This document shows, one piece after another, positions 9,410-18,799 of a stretch of 54,893 nt of DNA (its first letter is position 1; every line of letters begins with the position of its first letter). The stretch spans positions 1 through 54,893 of the IMG/VR virus record IMGVR_UViG_3300037225_000166; one strand, given 5' to 3'. The position numbers and the translations under genes are program-made. Source of the DNA: a virus. Lineage: Duplodnaviria; Caudoviricetes. The notes under the pieces are model-generated. The model ran no database searches, was not told the origin of the DNA, and saw only the letters and a list, made by a program, of their open reading frames with translations.

Positions 9410-9922
9410 ATGTCAAACTTAATTACAAAAACTATTGCAGAACAAGTTGCTGAAAAATTAGTATTAAAAGTTACTGAGAAAATAAAAGCAACCGAAATTG
9501 AATTCGCTGATTGTGCTGCTGAAATACATTTTTCACACATACCAGAAAATGACCTAAATCATATTCAAAAGATAGACAAAAACTATCTTAATAATCAAAT
9601 ATACTTAAGATTTAAACAGGGCGAATATTATCAAGACATAAGAATGCCAAAAAGTATTGTATGTAATGGTTCGATTCATTATGTAGTAATATCAGAAAGC
9701 GAAATGGAAGGATTAAAGAAGTATGAAAGCGAAATTTCAAAATTGAACCACAAAAAGAATGTATTAAGAGTTCAAATTGTAGCTCAATTATTAAAACTGC
9801 GATCATATACCAAAATAGAAAAGGATTTTCCAGAAGCATTTGTATTATTACCAGATAGAGAATCGGTTAATTTACCGGCTATTGATATTAAGAATATTTT
9901 AATGCAGATTGAAAACATCTAA
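9410..9922 (+). CDS. Nmad5-like (nucleotide modification associated domain 5) protein; likely start 9410
   Basis: ITKTIAEQVA N-terminus and LRSYTKIEKDFPEA C-terminus resemble the family. Confidence 0.5.
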   Translation: MSNLITKTIAEQVAEKLVLKVTEKIKATEIEFADCAAEIHFSHIPENDLNHIQKIDKNYLNNQIYLRFKQGEYYQDIRMPKSIVCNGSIHYVVISESEMEGLKKYESEISKLNHKKNVLRVQIVAQLLKLRSYTKIEKDFPEAFVLLPDRESVNLPAIDIKNILMQIENI

Positions 9923-10137
9923 TGGAAACCTGCTCAACTTGTGCTAATTATTTCAAAACAAATATCGATTCCGGTAAATGCCAGATCAACATACTGAAGG
10001 TTTGGGATGTTCAAAGCCGTGTCTCAGTATCAATTTTAATGCCTGTTAAAAGTTATTATTTATGTGTGAAATGGATAAGAAAATAAAGCCATGAAAGAAA
10101 AATATTTATTATTTCATCTATTTTGATTTAAAATACC

Positions 10138-10265
10138 TATATTTGTATTGTCTAGAAATGCAAGTTATGATTAATCAAATTAAATTTAACACCCCCGAAT
10201 GCAACAACCCACTAATCATGGCTTGTAAAACTCTAGACAAGTTGCATGAGGGGGTTTTATTTTTT
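10138..10265 (+). promoter_or_regulatory. Promoter plus structured leader, copy 3
   Basis: TATATTTG; TTGTCTAGA/TCTAGACAA; ACCCCCGAATGCAAC/GTTGCATGAGGGGGT. Confidence 0.7.
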
Positions 10266-10271
10266 AATAAG

Positions 10272-10934
10272 ATGAAAATGATTCAGGATTTGGGGATGCA
10301 GTTTGCAAACGAACAAAGCAAACAAAAACAACATTATGCAATATATGAATGCCCATTTTGCGGTAAACATTTTAAATGCTTAATTAACAATATAAAAAGA
10401 GGTTTAGTAAAATCTTGTGGCTGTAATAGATTTATAGCAATTGCTAAAAGCAGAACAAAACATAATTTGTGTAAAACAACTATTTATTATAGCTGGACAA
10501 ATATGAAATCAAGATGCTATAATGTAGCTGGGAAAAGTTATAAAGATTATGGTGAGCGTGGGATAACGGTATGCGATGAATGGAAGAACAGTTTTATTAA
10601 TTTTTATAATTGGTCTATAAAAAATGGTTATAGAGAAGGATTAACAATTGATAGAGAAAATAATGATAAGGGATATACTCCAGAAAATTGCAGATGGGTT
10701 ACAATAATTATTCAAGCAAACAACAAAAGAGTGATCCAATCTAATAATACTTCTGGTTTTAGAGGTGTGCGTTTCTATAAACGAGATAATAATTTCAGAG
10801 CTTTATTATATAGTAATAATAAACAAATTCTTATTGGCACATTTTCAACTGCTATCAATGCTGCGATTGCACGAAATGAGTATATAATTAAAAATAAATT
10901 ACCTCATCCATTAAATATAATTCCAACTATATGA
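10272..10934 (+). CDS. HNH/AP2 homing endonuclease, paralogue of 6360..7013 (likely start 10272)
   Basis: YECPFC, KSCGC, YGERGITVCDEW, TIDRENNDKGYTPENCRW, NTSGFRGV. Confidence 0.85.
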   Translation: MKMIQDLGMQFANEQSKQKQHYAIYECPFCGKHFKCLINNIKRGLVKSCGCNRFIAIAKSRTKHNLCKTTIYYSWTNMKSRCYNVAGKSYKDYGERGITVCDEWKNSFINFYNWSIKNGYREGLTIDRENNDKGYTPENCRWVTIIIQANNKRVIQSNNTSGFRGVRFYKRDNNFRALLYSNNKQILIGTFSTAINAAIARNEYIIKNKLPHPLNIIPTI

Positions 10935-11224
10935 CTATCAAAAAAGATCAAATCTACAATGCCATAACCGGCCAGTGTATCAATGATTTGGCTGCTAACG
11001 AAGCTACCGAAGCAATATGGGAACTATTACATCCCAGGGCAAAGAAATCCGAAAAGATCGGGAAAATTCCATTATCTGAAATACCGATCAATACTAATTT
11101 CAGAATGATCCAGTTTGGCAAGGAATTTATTAAAATGTCTGAATCTACTTTTAAATGCTTTGTTAGCACAGGAAAGCGAAACCGCTGGCTTAGTGTTAAT
11201 CATTTGGTTTACCCTGTAAAATAA
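10931..11224 (+). CDS. Hypothetical protein
   Basis: ATGA-coupled ORF. Confidence 0.55.
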   Translation: MTIKKDQIYNAITGQCINDLAANEATEAIWELLHPRAKKSEKIGKIPLSEIPINTNFRMIQFGKEFIKMSESTFKCFVSTGKRNRWLSVNHLVYPVK

Positions 11225-11231
11225 CAAAATT

Positions 11232-11480
11232 ATGGATTTAGAAATATATACTAAGGCAATCAGAGTATTAACATCTGATAAATTTCATAAAGATGCTTAT
11301 CAAGATTCTAAGATTTGGAGAGGTTCATTTTTAGAATCTCTTTGGAGAAAAAAATTATTTGATAAAAAAATACATCCAAAAAAAGCAGCTCAAATCTTAG
11401 AACGGGCTTATTATCGTTACAGTTTTTGGACTACTTCTGAGGATTATATTGATAGGACAAACACTTATAAACAATTGTAA
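11232..11480 (+). CDS. Hypothetical protein
   Basis: ORF in the operon. Confidence 0.55.
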   Translation: MDLEIYTKAIRVLTSDKFHKDAYQDSKIWRGSFLESLWRKKLFDKKIHPKKAAQILERAYYRYSFWTTSEDYIDRTNTYKQL

Positions 11481-11484
11481 CATT

Positions 11485-11748
11485 ATGAAAACAATCCTAC
11501 ATCTCATCATCGGATTTGGAGCAGGAATGATGTTTTTTGGCTTTGTTCTAATGGCTTCAAATAAACATCAGGATCAAAAAGAAAAGTATCAGGTATTACA
11601 AACCTTCCAAGTATCAAGAATTGATACAGCCGATCATAAAAGGGTTATTTCTGCAATAAACAAAAATGGATGGTACCTTTATATTCAGGATGATTCGACT
11701 GATTTTATCATCAATTATTCAGAATTATTTATCGTTACAAAAAAATAA
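11485..11748 (+). CDS. Membrane-anchored hypothetical protein (likely start MKTILHL)
   Basis: N-terminal TM segment. Confidence 0.5.
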   Translation: MKTILHLIIGFGAGMMFFGFVLMASNKHQDQKEKYQVLQTFQVSRIDTADHKRVISAINKNGWYLYIQDDSTDFIINYSELFIVTKK

Positions 11749-11760
11749 AAAACCAACATT

Positions 11761-11937
11761 ATGAAAACCTTTTATCTAATTTTAATGACTATCTTAATTG
11801 TAATTGCTATCTTATTTGTAGCAGGTGGTTTAGCTGAAGCAAACGGAGCACCTCAGGAAGCTGCAACCGCTGGAATCGGGTGTTTTATTGCAATCCTTGC
11901 AAGAATAGCACAGGCAGCAGCTCACAATAGAAAATAG
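11761..11937 (+). CDS. Small 2-TM membrane protein (58 aa, not in the ORF track)
   Basis: MKTFYLILMTILIVIAILFVAGG...APQEAA...IAILARIAQ. Confidence 0.55.
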   Translation: MKTFYLILMTILIVIAILFVAGGLAEANGAPQEAATAGIGCFIAILARIAQAAAHNRK

Positions 11938-11988
11938 TCTATCGGAAAATAAATTTTGTGTTTTTGGTACAAATGGGAATTTTTTAGC

Positions 11989-12222
11989 TATATTTGTATC
12001 AGCTTAAATTCATTATTATGATCAATTTGATTTTAATCTCTGTAAGGTCAATTCCTCGAAGCTTGCTTCGTTTCCGATTGGCTTGTGCGGAGGGTTTTCG
12101 ATACCTCGTAGCTGTGCTGCGAGGTTGTTCATTATTTTCCTCTAATAGCCTCAAAGGATTGTTATTCCCTCCTATTCGTAGTAGTGAATTTAAGCCACAA
12201 TTTGGAGAGGCTATTTATATTT
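11989..12222 (+). promoter_or_regulatory. Promoter plus structured leader, copy 4, upstream of the replication initiator
   Basis: TATATTTG; GCTTAAATTCATTATTATGA/TCGTAGTAGTGAATTTAAGC; AATAGCCTC/GAGGCTATT. Confidence 0.65.
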
Positions 12223-12229
12223 TATAATC

Positions 12230-13066
12230 ATGAGTAAAGACTTTCCCTTCTTAAGATTTTATCCAGATGAATGGTTACAAGGAGATATTACTCTCCAATC
12301 TGATACAGCTCAAGCACTATTTGTTAAAATTTTTTGTTGGTATTGGAAAAAAGATTGCAACTTTTCTTTAGAAGAATTAGAAAAAAGGCTAATCAATAAC
12401 AAAGCAAGGCTTAAGCAAGGCTTAACCGACCTTATAAATGCAAACATTATTAAAATACATGATAATCAATTCATTAGTATAAATTTTTGTAATGAACAAT
12501 ATGAGCAATTAAGTGATATAAAACAAAAATTATCTGAGGCTGGTCGTAAGGGTGGCTTAAAGCCTCGCTTAAGCTATAAAGATAAAGATAAAGATAAAGA
12601 TAAAGATAAAGATAAAGATAAAGATAAAGATAAAGATGGAGATGGAGATATTACAATACCCTCAATAAATTTACCTGAATTTCAAAACATTTTTTCGGAT
12701 TTTATAATAAAATTTAATAGGTTATATAATACTGAAAATACATATAAAAATGCCAATACAAAAACAAAATACCATGAGTTATTGACAGCAGGATTTACTA
12801 CTGAAAAAATACTTAAGGCAATTGAAAACGCAAAAAAAGAAGGTTGGGTTATTAAAAATAATAAATTCAATCTTGATTATATGCTTACTGTTTCATTTAT
12901 TGATAAAATGCTAAATTATAAGCAGTCAGATACATCAATACTAAGCGAAAGAATAACAGTTCCCCAAAATCCTGATATATTTATCCCTCCAAAAAAAGAC
13001 AAACCAGAACCAACCGCAGAACAGGAAATAATAGAAATACTTAAAAAAGGGGCAGGTGTAAAATGA
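12230..13066 (+). CDS. Replication initiator (DUF1376/YdaU-like N-terminus)
   Basis: FPFLRFYPDEWLQG, SEAGRKGG, low-complexity DK linker; directly upstream of the helicase. Confidence 0.75.
   Translation: MSKDFPFLRFYPDEWLQGDITLQSDTAQALFVKIFCWYWKKDCNFSLEELEKRLINNKARLKQGLTDLINANIIKIHDNQFISINFCNEQYEQLSDIKQKLSEAGRKGGLKPRLSYKDKDKDKDKDKDKDKDKDKDGDGDITIPSINLPEFQNIFSDFIIKFNRLYNTENTYKNANTKTKYHELLTAGFTTEKILKAIENAKKEGWVIKNNKFNLDYMLTVSFIDKMLNYKQSDTSILSERITVPQNPDIFIPPKKDKPEPTAEQEIIEILKKGAGVK
12581..12634 (+). repeat. (GATAAA)x9 tandem repeat encoding poly-DK
   Basis: Counted directly; followed by (GATGGA)x2. Confidence 0.95.
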
Positions 13067-14523
13067 ATAAAATATCAGAATCATTCAGTCATAAGTTAGA
13101 AAGCATCAGAAAAAATGCACCGGAGGTATATCCTGAATTTTTGGAACTTGGTAAAATGTCACCTCAATCATTATCTATTGAAGAAAGTGTATTAGGTGCT
13201 TTGATAATAGAAAACGATAGTAGAAAGGAAGTAATGAAGTTCTTAACTCCCGAAATATTCTACAAACAAGAAAACCAGCTAATTTTCAAAACAATTCAAG
13301 AACTATATGCAACCGGAAAGTCTATTGATATACTAATCCTGGTTAATGAACTGCGAAAAACAAACGAACTTGAAAACATTGGAGGAGCTTATTATCTAAC
13401 AGAATTAACAAACAAAGTAACCAATAGTTCAAACATTCTTGAGTGGTCTATTATTTTATTTGAGAAATACATTCTTAGAGAATTGATCCGGTTATCAGGC
13501 GAAATACAGGAAGATGCTTATTCAGATACTTGCGATTGTTTTGAAATCCTGGATAGATTTGAACAGCGAAAAAAGGAACTTGATTTATTTATCAACAAAC
13601 TTTCGAACAATAACGATCTACCAAGCCAAATAAAAGAGGCAATGGAAAGGATGATCCAAAGGCGGGCCGGGGAAGGTTATTTTAAATCACGCTGGGGAAT
13701 AGTTAATGACTTGACTATTGGATGGATGAAAGAAGAATTGATAATTATTGCTGCACGTCCAAGTATGGGTAAAACTGCTCTAATACTTGATGATATTGAA
13801 TACCAGATTATCAGGGGGAATAAATGCCTTGTTTTCTCAATTGAAATGTCAGCCTCAAAGCTACTTGAAAGAATGGCATCTATCAATACCGGAATATCAA
13901 GCTATGCAATGAATAAAGGCAGGATTAACGATACTGATATTCAGGATATAAACAACTACTTTATGAATCTGATCGGTAAGAACCTGATTATTGACGATAC
14001 TTCAAAAATAACAGTAAGCCAAATAGCAGCAAGTATTGAAAAACATAAGCCGGATATTGTTTATATTGATTATCTTCAGAAAATAGATACTGAAATACAA
14101 AAAGGCGGAACCAGGGATCAGGCAATTGGGAAAATAACAGGAGGTTTAAAAGCAGCCTGTAAAGCATTTAAAATACCTATCATAGCTATTAGTACACTGA
14201 ATAGGGATTGTGAAAAGAGATCTGATAAAAGACCTCATTTATCAGATATGAGAGAATCAGGATCAATTGAGTTTGATGCTGATGTAATAGCAACATTATG
14301 GCGACCTGCATTTTATAAGCTGGATATTGAAGGATTAACCAGCGATGAACTTCTAAAGCATACTGAATTAAATTTCCATAAAAACCGAAACGGAATTATA
14401 GGTTGTGTCATTCTTGAATGGAATGGAGACCGGCAATTATTTGGAGATAAAACAGAATATAATGAGACAGAATATCCTGATTCAAATCGTGAAAGTAATT
14501 CAGAAAATTTACAACCTTTTTAA
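13063..14523 (+). CDS. dnaB: Replicative DNA helicase
   Basis: EESVLGAL N-domain, Walker A ARPSMGKT, FSIEM, IDYLQ, RPHLSDMRESGSIEFDAD, KNRNG. Confidence 0.95.
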   Translation: MNKISESFSHKLESIRKNAPEVYPEFLELGKMSPQSLSIEESVLGALIIENDSRKEVMKFLTPEIFYKQENQLIFKTIQELYATGKSIDILILVNELRKTNELENIGGAYYLTELTNKVTNSSNILEWSIILFEKYILRELIRLSGEIQEDAYSDTCDCFEILDRFEQRKKELDLFINKLSNNNDLPSQIKEAMERMIQRRAGEGYFKSRWGIVNDLTIGWMKEELIIIAARPSMGKTALILDDIEYQIIRGNKCLVFSIEMSASKLLERMASINTGISSYAMNKGRINDTDIQDINNYFMNLIGKNLIIDDTSKITVSQIAASIEKHKPDIVYIDYLQKIDTEIQKGGTRDQAIGKITGGLKAACKAFKIPIIAISTLNRDCEKRSDKRPHLSDMRESGSIEFDADVIATLWRPAFYKLDIEGLTSDELLKHTELNFHKNRNGIIGCVILEWNGDRQLFGDKTEYNETEYPDSNRESNSENLQPF

Positions 14524-14553
14524 AAAAACTAACCAAAACTAAAATATTTATAC

Positions 14554-14561
14554 TACATTTG
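14554..14561 (+). promoter_or_regulatory. -7 promoter box
   Basis: TACATTTG in ATACTACATTTGTAAT. Confidence 0.65.
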
Positions 14562-14595
14562 TAATTATTATAACAATCACTAAAAAAGCTACATT

Positions 14596-15237
14596 ATGAA
14601 CACCTATTCAAAATTTATCCCAAATGTTTTTCTTGCTAAATGCAGCGAGCAACACGAAAAGGGTGAAACTATTGAGATTAAAACCAAATACGGCAATGAA
14701 CATGAGAATATTATTTTTAACCTGATCTATGAAAAAGATGGATTTTTCTTTTATTCGATAGTACGGGCTGATGGGTTTAATGTTCAGGAATGGGCAAAAC
14801 GTAAAGCTGAAAGACTTAGTAATGCTTCGTTAAATGCTGAAAAGAAAAGCAACCAATATTATGAAGCATCAAACGAGGGCAAAGACTTCTTATCACTTGG
14901 GGAGCCGATTAAGATAGGACACCACAGCGAAAAGCGACACAGAGCTTTAATAGAGCGAAATTCTAACAGGATGGATAAATGTGTAAGGTTTGGGAAAAAA
15001 GCCGAATCATACGAAAGTAGGGCGGAATATTGGTCTATAAAAGCCAACACAACAAACCTATCAATGCCTGATAGTGTAGAACTTTATGAGTTTGAACTTG
15101 AAAAAGCAAAAGCAAAGCATGAAGGATTAAAAAACGGAACTATCGAAAAGCGACATTCGTATTCTTTGGTGTATGCTAAGAAGGATCTGAATGAGATTAC
15201 AAAGAAGCTGGAAATTGCAAAAAGATTGTGGAAATAA
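14596..15237 (+). CDS. DUF3560-family protein
   Basis: LGEPIKIGHHSEKRHR motif. Confidence 0.8.
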   Translation: MNTYSKFIPNVFLAKCSEQHEKGETIEIKTKYGNEHENIIFNLIYEKDGFFFYSIVRADGFNVQEWAKRKAERLSNASLNAEKKSNQYYEASNEGKDFLSLGEPIKIGHHSEKRHRALIERNSNRMDKCVRFGKKAESYESRAEYWSIKANTTNLSMPDSVELYEFELEKAKAKHEGLKNGTIEKRHSYSLVYAKKDLNEITKKLEIAKRLWK

Positions 15238-15376
15238 CACAACTAAACTTATTTGAATAATGAAACCCATAAAGAGGCATTCAGTACCACAATTAAAGTT
15301 CAGTAGCTTTTTCTTTAATAAAACCGAGTGCCTTTTTTACTAAGTCAATTTTTTTAAAACTTTAAAATAAATAAAA

Positions 15377-15925
15377 ATGAAAAAACCAAAATTCAACTCC
15401 AAATTCTGGGAAATTTGCGGTGATGACGAACTAAAACCAAATATGCAATGTGTGTATTTTACAGGTGGCAAATTGTATGCTACTGATGGTAATGTTTTAC
15501 TAATGCAGGATAAGGGATTGCATAATTTCTCAGACGATGATATTGAAAATCTGGAAGGGCGAATGATCCATAAGGATGTTTTAAAATCGATTCATCTGCT
15601 TGACATTCCTTATCCTGAGTTAATTCAATTCCTGCCTGATATAATTGAAGTCCGGGCACCATCAGGGACAATCCATTATAGCTATTTTGAAACCAATCCG
15701 CTTGACTTTCAATCAGTCATTGACAATTACAACGATATTGATGCAGTTCCGATTGAAAAGATCAGTTTTAACACCAACCGAATAAAAAAACTTTCATCTG
15801 CAATGGTATCAACAGCCTTAATTTTCAACTTCAAAGGGCAAAACAAAATGATTAAAATAACCACAGATGGGTATGATGACAATGAACAAATAGCATACAT
15901 TATGCCTATGATTATTTCTGAATAA
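15377..15925 (+). CDS. Beta-sliding-clamp-like protein
   Basis: YATDGNVL motif and C-terminal IMPM. Confidence 0.5.
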   Translation: MKKPKFNSKFWEICGDDELKPNMQCVYFTGGKLYATDGNVLLMQDKGLHNFSDDDIENLEGRMIHKDVLKSIHLLDIPYPELIQFLPDIIEVRAPSGTIHYSYFETNPLDFQSVIDNYNDIDAVPIEKISFNTNRIKKLSSAMVSTALIFNFKGQNKMIKITTDGYDDNEQIAYIMPMIISE

Positions 15926-16011
15926 AAACCCACACAAACAGCCACACCAACGAATCTAAGTATCATGCAAAAACCTTCCTTTTGTTGGTTGGCTGTTTAA
16001 AAAAAAGTAAT

Positions 16012-16185
16012 ATGGATAAAGTTAAATTCGATCCTAAAACCGACACACCTTGCACTCGTTTAAAATGTAAGGGCGTATTTGTCGGATCAAGAATGTGTTT
16101 AGCTTGTTCCTATTGCTATGATGTAAACAGGGAAGAAAATTATATTAGTTGTTTAAAAAAAGTAAAAAATTTTGTTCAAAGGTAA
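16012..16185 (+). CDS. Small Cys-rich protein
   Basis: MDKVKF...VGSRMCLACSYC. Confidence 0.45.
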   Translation: MDKVKFDPKTDTPCTRLKCKGVFVGSRMCLACSYCYDVNREENYISCLKKVKNFVQR

Positions 16186-16987
16186 AGTAATTTATAATCC
16201 GTCCGGGAAAGCTGCTGAATATAGCTATTGGGCTTGTAACTTTTATATTGGTTGTTCGAACAATTGTTCATACTGTTATCTAAAAAAAGGAATAACAGCC
16301 AAAGTTTTAGGAGGGAATAAACCAAAATTAAAATCATGTTTCAAAGATGAAAAACATGCTATTGAAGTATTTGAAAAAGAATTGATACAAAACAAATCAG
16401 AACTTCAAAAACATGGTTTATTCTTTTCATTTACAACCGATCCGGCATTAAAAGAAACATATAGATTAACAATAAAAGCTATCCATATTTGTATGGTTTA
16501 TGATATTCCTGTAAAGATATTAACCAAAAGTAAAATAACAGGATTTACGATGCATAACTGGGTTAATTTGGCATATCATAATAAATATAAAAATCTTATT
16601 GCAATAGGCAATACATTGACCGGGCTTGATGATCTTGAACCAAATGCAGCAACGAATAAAGAAAGGATATCTGGTTTAAAATGGTTGCATGATGATGGGT
16701 TCAAAACCTTTGCTAGTATTGAACCGATTATTGACATTGAAAGCTCACAAAAAATGATTGAACAGTCTTTGGAATATGTGGATTTATTCAAAATCGGTCT
16801 GAATAGTGGGCAAAAATACAATTCAAGAGAGTTACAAGAATTTTGGTTATGGTGTATTACTAATATCAAAACTCATATTTATTTCAAAGATTCATTTTTA
16901 AAAGCGATTGGCGTTGATGACAGAAATCTTATGAATGGAATATATTCCAATTGTGTAAACAGGGATTTTAATTTATTTAAACCATGA
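16172..16987 (+). CDS. Radical SAM protein
   Basis: CSNNCSYC (CxxxCxxC), FTTDP, ILTK, SIEP motifs. Confidence 0.85.
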   Translation: MFKGKVIYNPSGKAAEYSYWACNFYIGCSNNCSYCYLKKGITAKVLGGNKPKLKSCFKDEKHAIEVFEKELIQNKSELQKHGLFFSFTTDPALKETYRLTIKAIHICMVYDIPVKILTKSKITGFTMHNWVNLAYHNKYKNLIAIGNTLTGLDDLEPNAATNKERISGLKWLHDDGFKTFASIEPIIDIESSQKMIEQSLEYVDLFKIGLNSGQKYNSRELQEFWLWCITNIKTHIYFKDSFLKAIGVDDRNLMNGIYSNCVNRDFNLFKP

Positions 16988-17358
16988 AAAAACCAGAAGC
17001 ACACCTGCAAAAGCAAATTTGCACTTATTTAAAAATGCAATACCCCTCAGTGATCTTTCTTTCTGAATGTTCAGGGCTCAAAGTCAGTATCGGAGTAGCA
17101 ATGCAACTAAAAGCACTCAGATCAGGCAAGGCATTACCAGACTTAGTAATACTTGAGCCTTCTGGTAATTATCATGCTTTGTGCCTGGAACTGAAAGCTG
17201 AATCAATTTATCTCAAAGACGGATCCTTGTCAAAAGAAAAACATATTCAGGAACAGAACGAAATATTGAATAGATTGAATGAAAAGGGATTTAAGGCTCA
17301 ATTTTGTTGTGGATTTGATTATACAAAATCAATTATTGATAATTATTTACGAAAATAA
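16984..17358 (+). CDS. VRR-NUC-like nuclease
   Basis: EAHLQ, LPDL, LELK, EQ motifs. Confidence 0.7.
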   Translation: MKKPEAHLQKQICTYLKMQYPSVIFLSECSGLKVSIGVAMQLKALRSGKALPDLVILEPSGNYHALCLELKAESIYLKDGSLSKEKHIQEQNEILNRLNEKGFKAQFCCGFDYTKSIIDNYLRK

Positions 17359-17371
17359 CTACAAATTGACT

Positions 17372-17379
17372 TATATTTG
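17372..17379 (+). promoter_or_regulatory. -7 promoter box for the ferritin gene
   Basis: TATATTTG about 25 nt upstream of the ATG. Confidence 0.55.
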
Positions 17380-17403
17380 AGCCTGAATTAAAAACAAAAT
17401 CAT

Positions 17404-17904
17404 ATGTCAGAAATTAAAATGAATCCCGATTTATTAGCACTGTTTAACCGAGAAGTTCAGCTTGAAACAGCATCAAGTCAAATATACAGGGCAATGGCAA
17501 CCGTAGCAACACAGTTCGGTTATCCTGGATTTGCTTCATGTCTTTTAAAACAGGCGAAGGAAGAGCAAACCCATTCAGCGAAGTTCTCAGCATTCATAGA
17601 GCTTCATGGTGATCAGGTTGGATATGATCCTATTGAGGGTTATGAACCTCCTCAAGACTTATTGAGTATGTTTGTTGCTATTGTAGAACGTGAAAAACTG
17701 ATCAAGGATGCAATAAATGAGATAATTGACAAGGCAATCGAAGTAAAAGACTACGGATGCCTGAAAATGTTAAATTATTTTGCAAACAACCAGATCAAAG
17801 AAATCAATTTTGCCGATCAGGTCCGTAAACAGATCGAACTTTGTAAAGGGGATCAGGCAGGATTATTACATATTGATCATCAATTAGCTAAAAAGGGCAA
17901 ATGA
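17404..17904 (+). CDS. Ferritin-like protein
   Basis: E..SSQIY, GYPGFA, EEQTH, EREK, NQIKE match the non-haem ferritin ferroxidase pattern; 166 aa. Confidence 0.85.
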   Translation: MSEIKMNPDLLALFNREVQLETASSQIYRAMATVATQFGYPGFASCLLKQAKEEQTHSAKFSAFIELHGDQVGYDPIEGYEPPQDLLSMFVAIVEREKLIKDAINEIIDKAIEVKDYGCLKMLNYFANNQIKEINFADQVRKQIELCKGDQAGLLHIDHQLAKKGK

Positions 17905-18101
17905 CAATAGAACGCTGTAAATATTGTAATTCAACCGAACTTGTAGAAATGCGAGATAATAACCTTTTTTGTTTAAGTTGCCAAAAGATCACAAAACCCG
18001 AAGCATTACCAATCATTACCCCGACAACAACCGATACTGATGGATATTTGTTTCAAATCTTATATCAAGAACCTAAAGAATCATTTGAAGCCACAATATA
18101 A
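17901..18101 (+). CDS. Small zinc-ribbon protein
   Basis: CKYC...CLSC. Confidence 0.5.
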   Translation: MTIERCKYCNSTELVEMRDNNLFCLSCQKITKPEALPIITPTTTDTDGYLFQILYQEPKESFEATI

Positions 18102-18394
18102 TGACAGGGCAAAAGCTAAAATCAGCAACAAAGAACTTTCTTCAAGAATCATTTAAAGATGGTATTCACTCATGGATTGCCTGGGGATTCAGAATAGTTC
18201 TAACAGGTGCTACAATTTGGCTTTTTAATACTGTTAGGTTAATCCCTTCAACAATAAACAACGTTAAGACTATTCCACAACTTGAAAGCAGGATTAAGGC
18301 ACTCGAACAATTTAATCATGACAAAGCAATAATTGACAGCATGAGAAAGGCATTGAGGCAAAGAACAGAAGAAAATGAAAAAAGATTAAAATGA
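18101..18394 (+). CDS. Hypothetical membrane protein
   Basis: Coupled ORF with one TM segment. Confidence 0.5.
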   Translation: MTGQKLKSATKNFLQESFKDGIHSWIAWGFRIVLTGATIWLFNTVRLIPSTINNVKTIPQLESRIKALEQFNHDKAIIDSMRKALRQRTEENEKRLK

Positions 18395-18795
18395 AAATCT
18401 GGACTTCATATTTCGCAAACATGAAAGAAATCCATTCACAAGGGCTTATTTCTATTGCTATTGTTGCATTTGAACCGAAATTCTACACAGGATTAAGCTA
18501 CAAATTATTAGCTCCAAAGCCGGAATTGTTGAAAACAGATCAAAACCAATATAAACAGCTATTTGCAGAAATGTTGAACCTGATAAATCCTGATCAGGTT
18601 TTAAAGGATTTGCACTCAATCGGAGGCGGAAATGATATTGCACTTGTTTGTTATGAAAGCCCTGAAAAGTTTTGCCACAGACATTTAGTAGCACGCTGGT
18701 TAATGGATAAGACAGGATTAACAATAGAAGAACTGCCAAATAAGAAAGAAATTGCAGTTAAGGATTCAGGATATGTACAAACATCGTTATTTTAA
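18391..18795 (+). CDS. DUF488-family protein
   Basis: IWTSYFA, LAP, LVCYESPEKFCHRHLVARW. Confidence 0.8.
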   Translation: MKIWTSYFANMKEIHSQGLISIAIVAFEPKFYTGLSYKLLAPKPELLKTDQNQYKQLFAEMLNLINPDQVLKDLHSIGGGNDIALVCYESPEKFCHRHLVARWLMDKTGLTIEELPNKKEIAVKDSGYVQTSLF

Positions 18796-18799
18796 GATT

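Noticed and set aside
15936-15998. Hairpin AAACAGCCA-ACCAAC / GTTGGT-TGGCTGTTT as another attC-like site
   Set aside because: It is isolated, lacks the AAC/GTT junction grammar, and is more likely an ordinary intergenic stem-loop.
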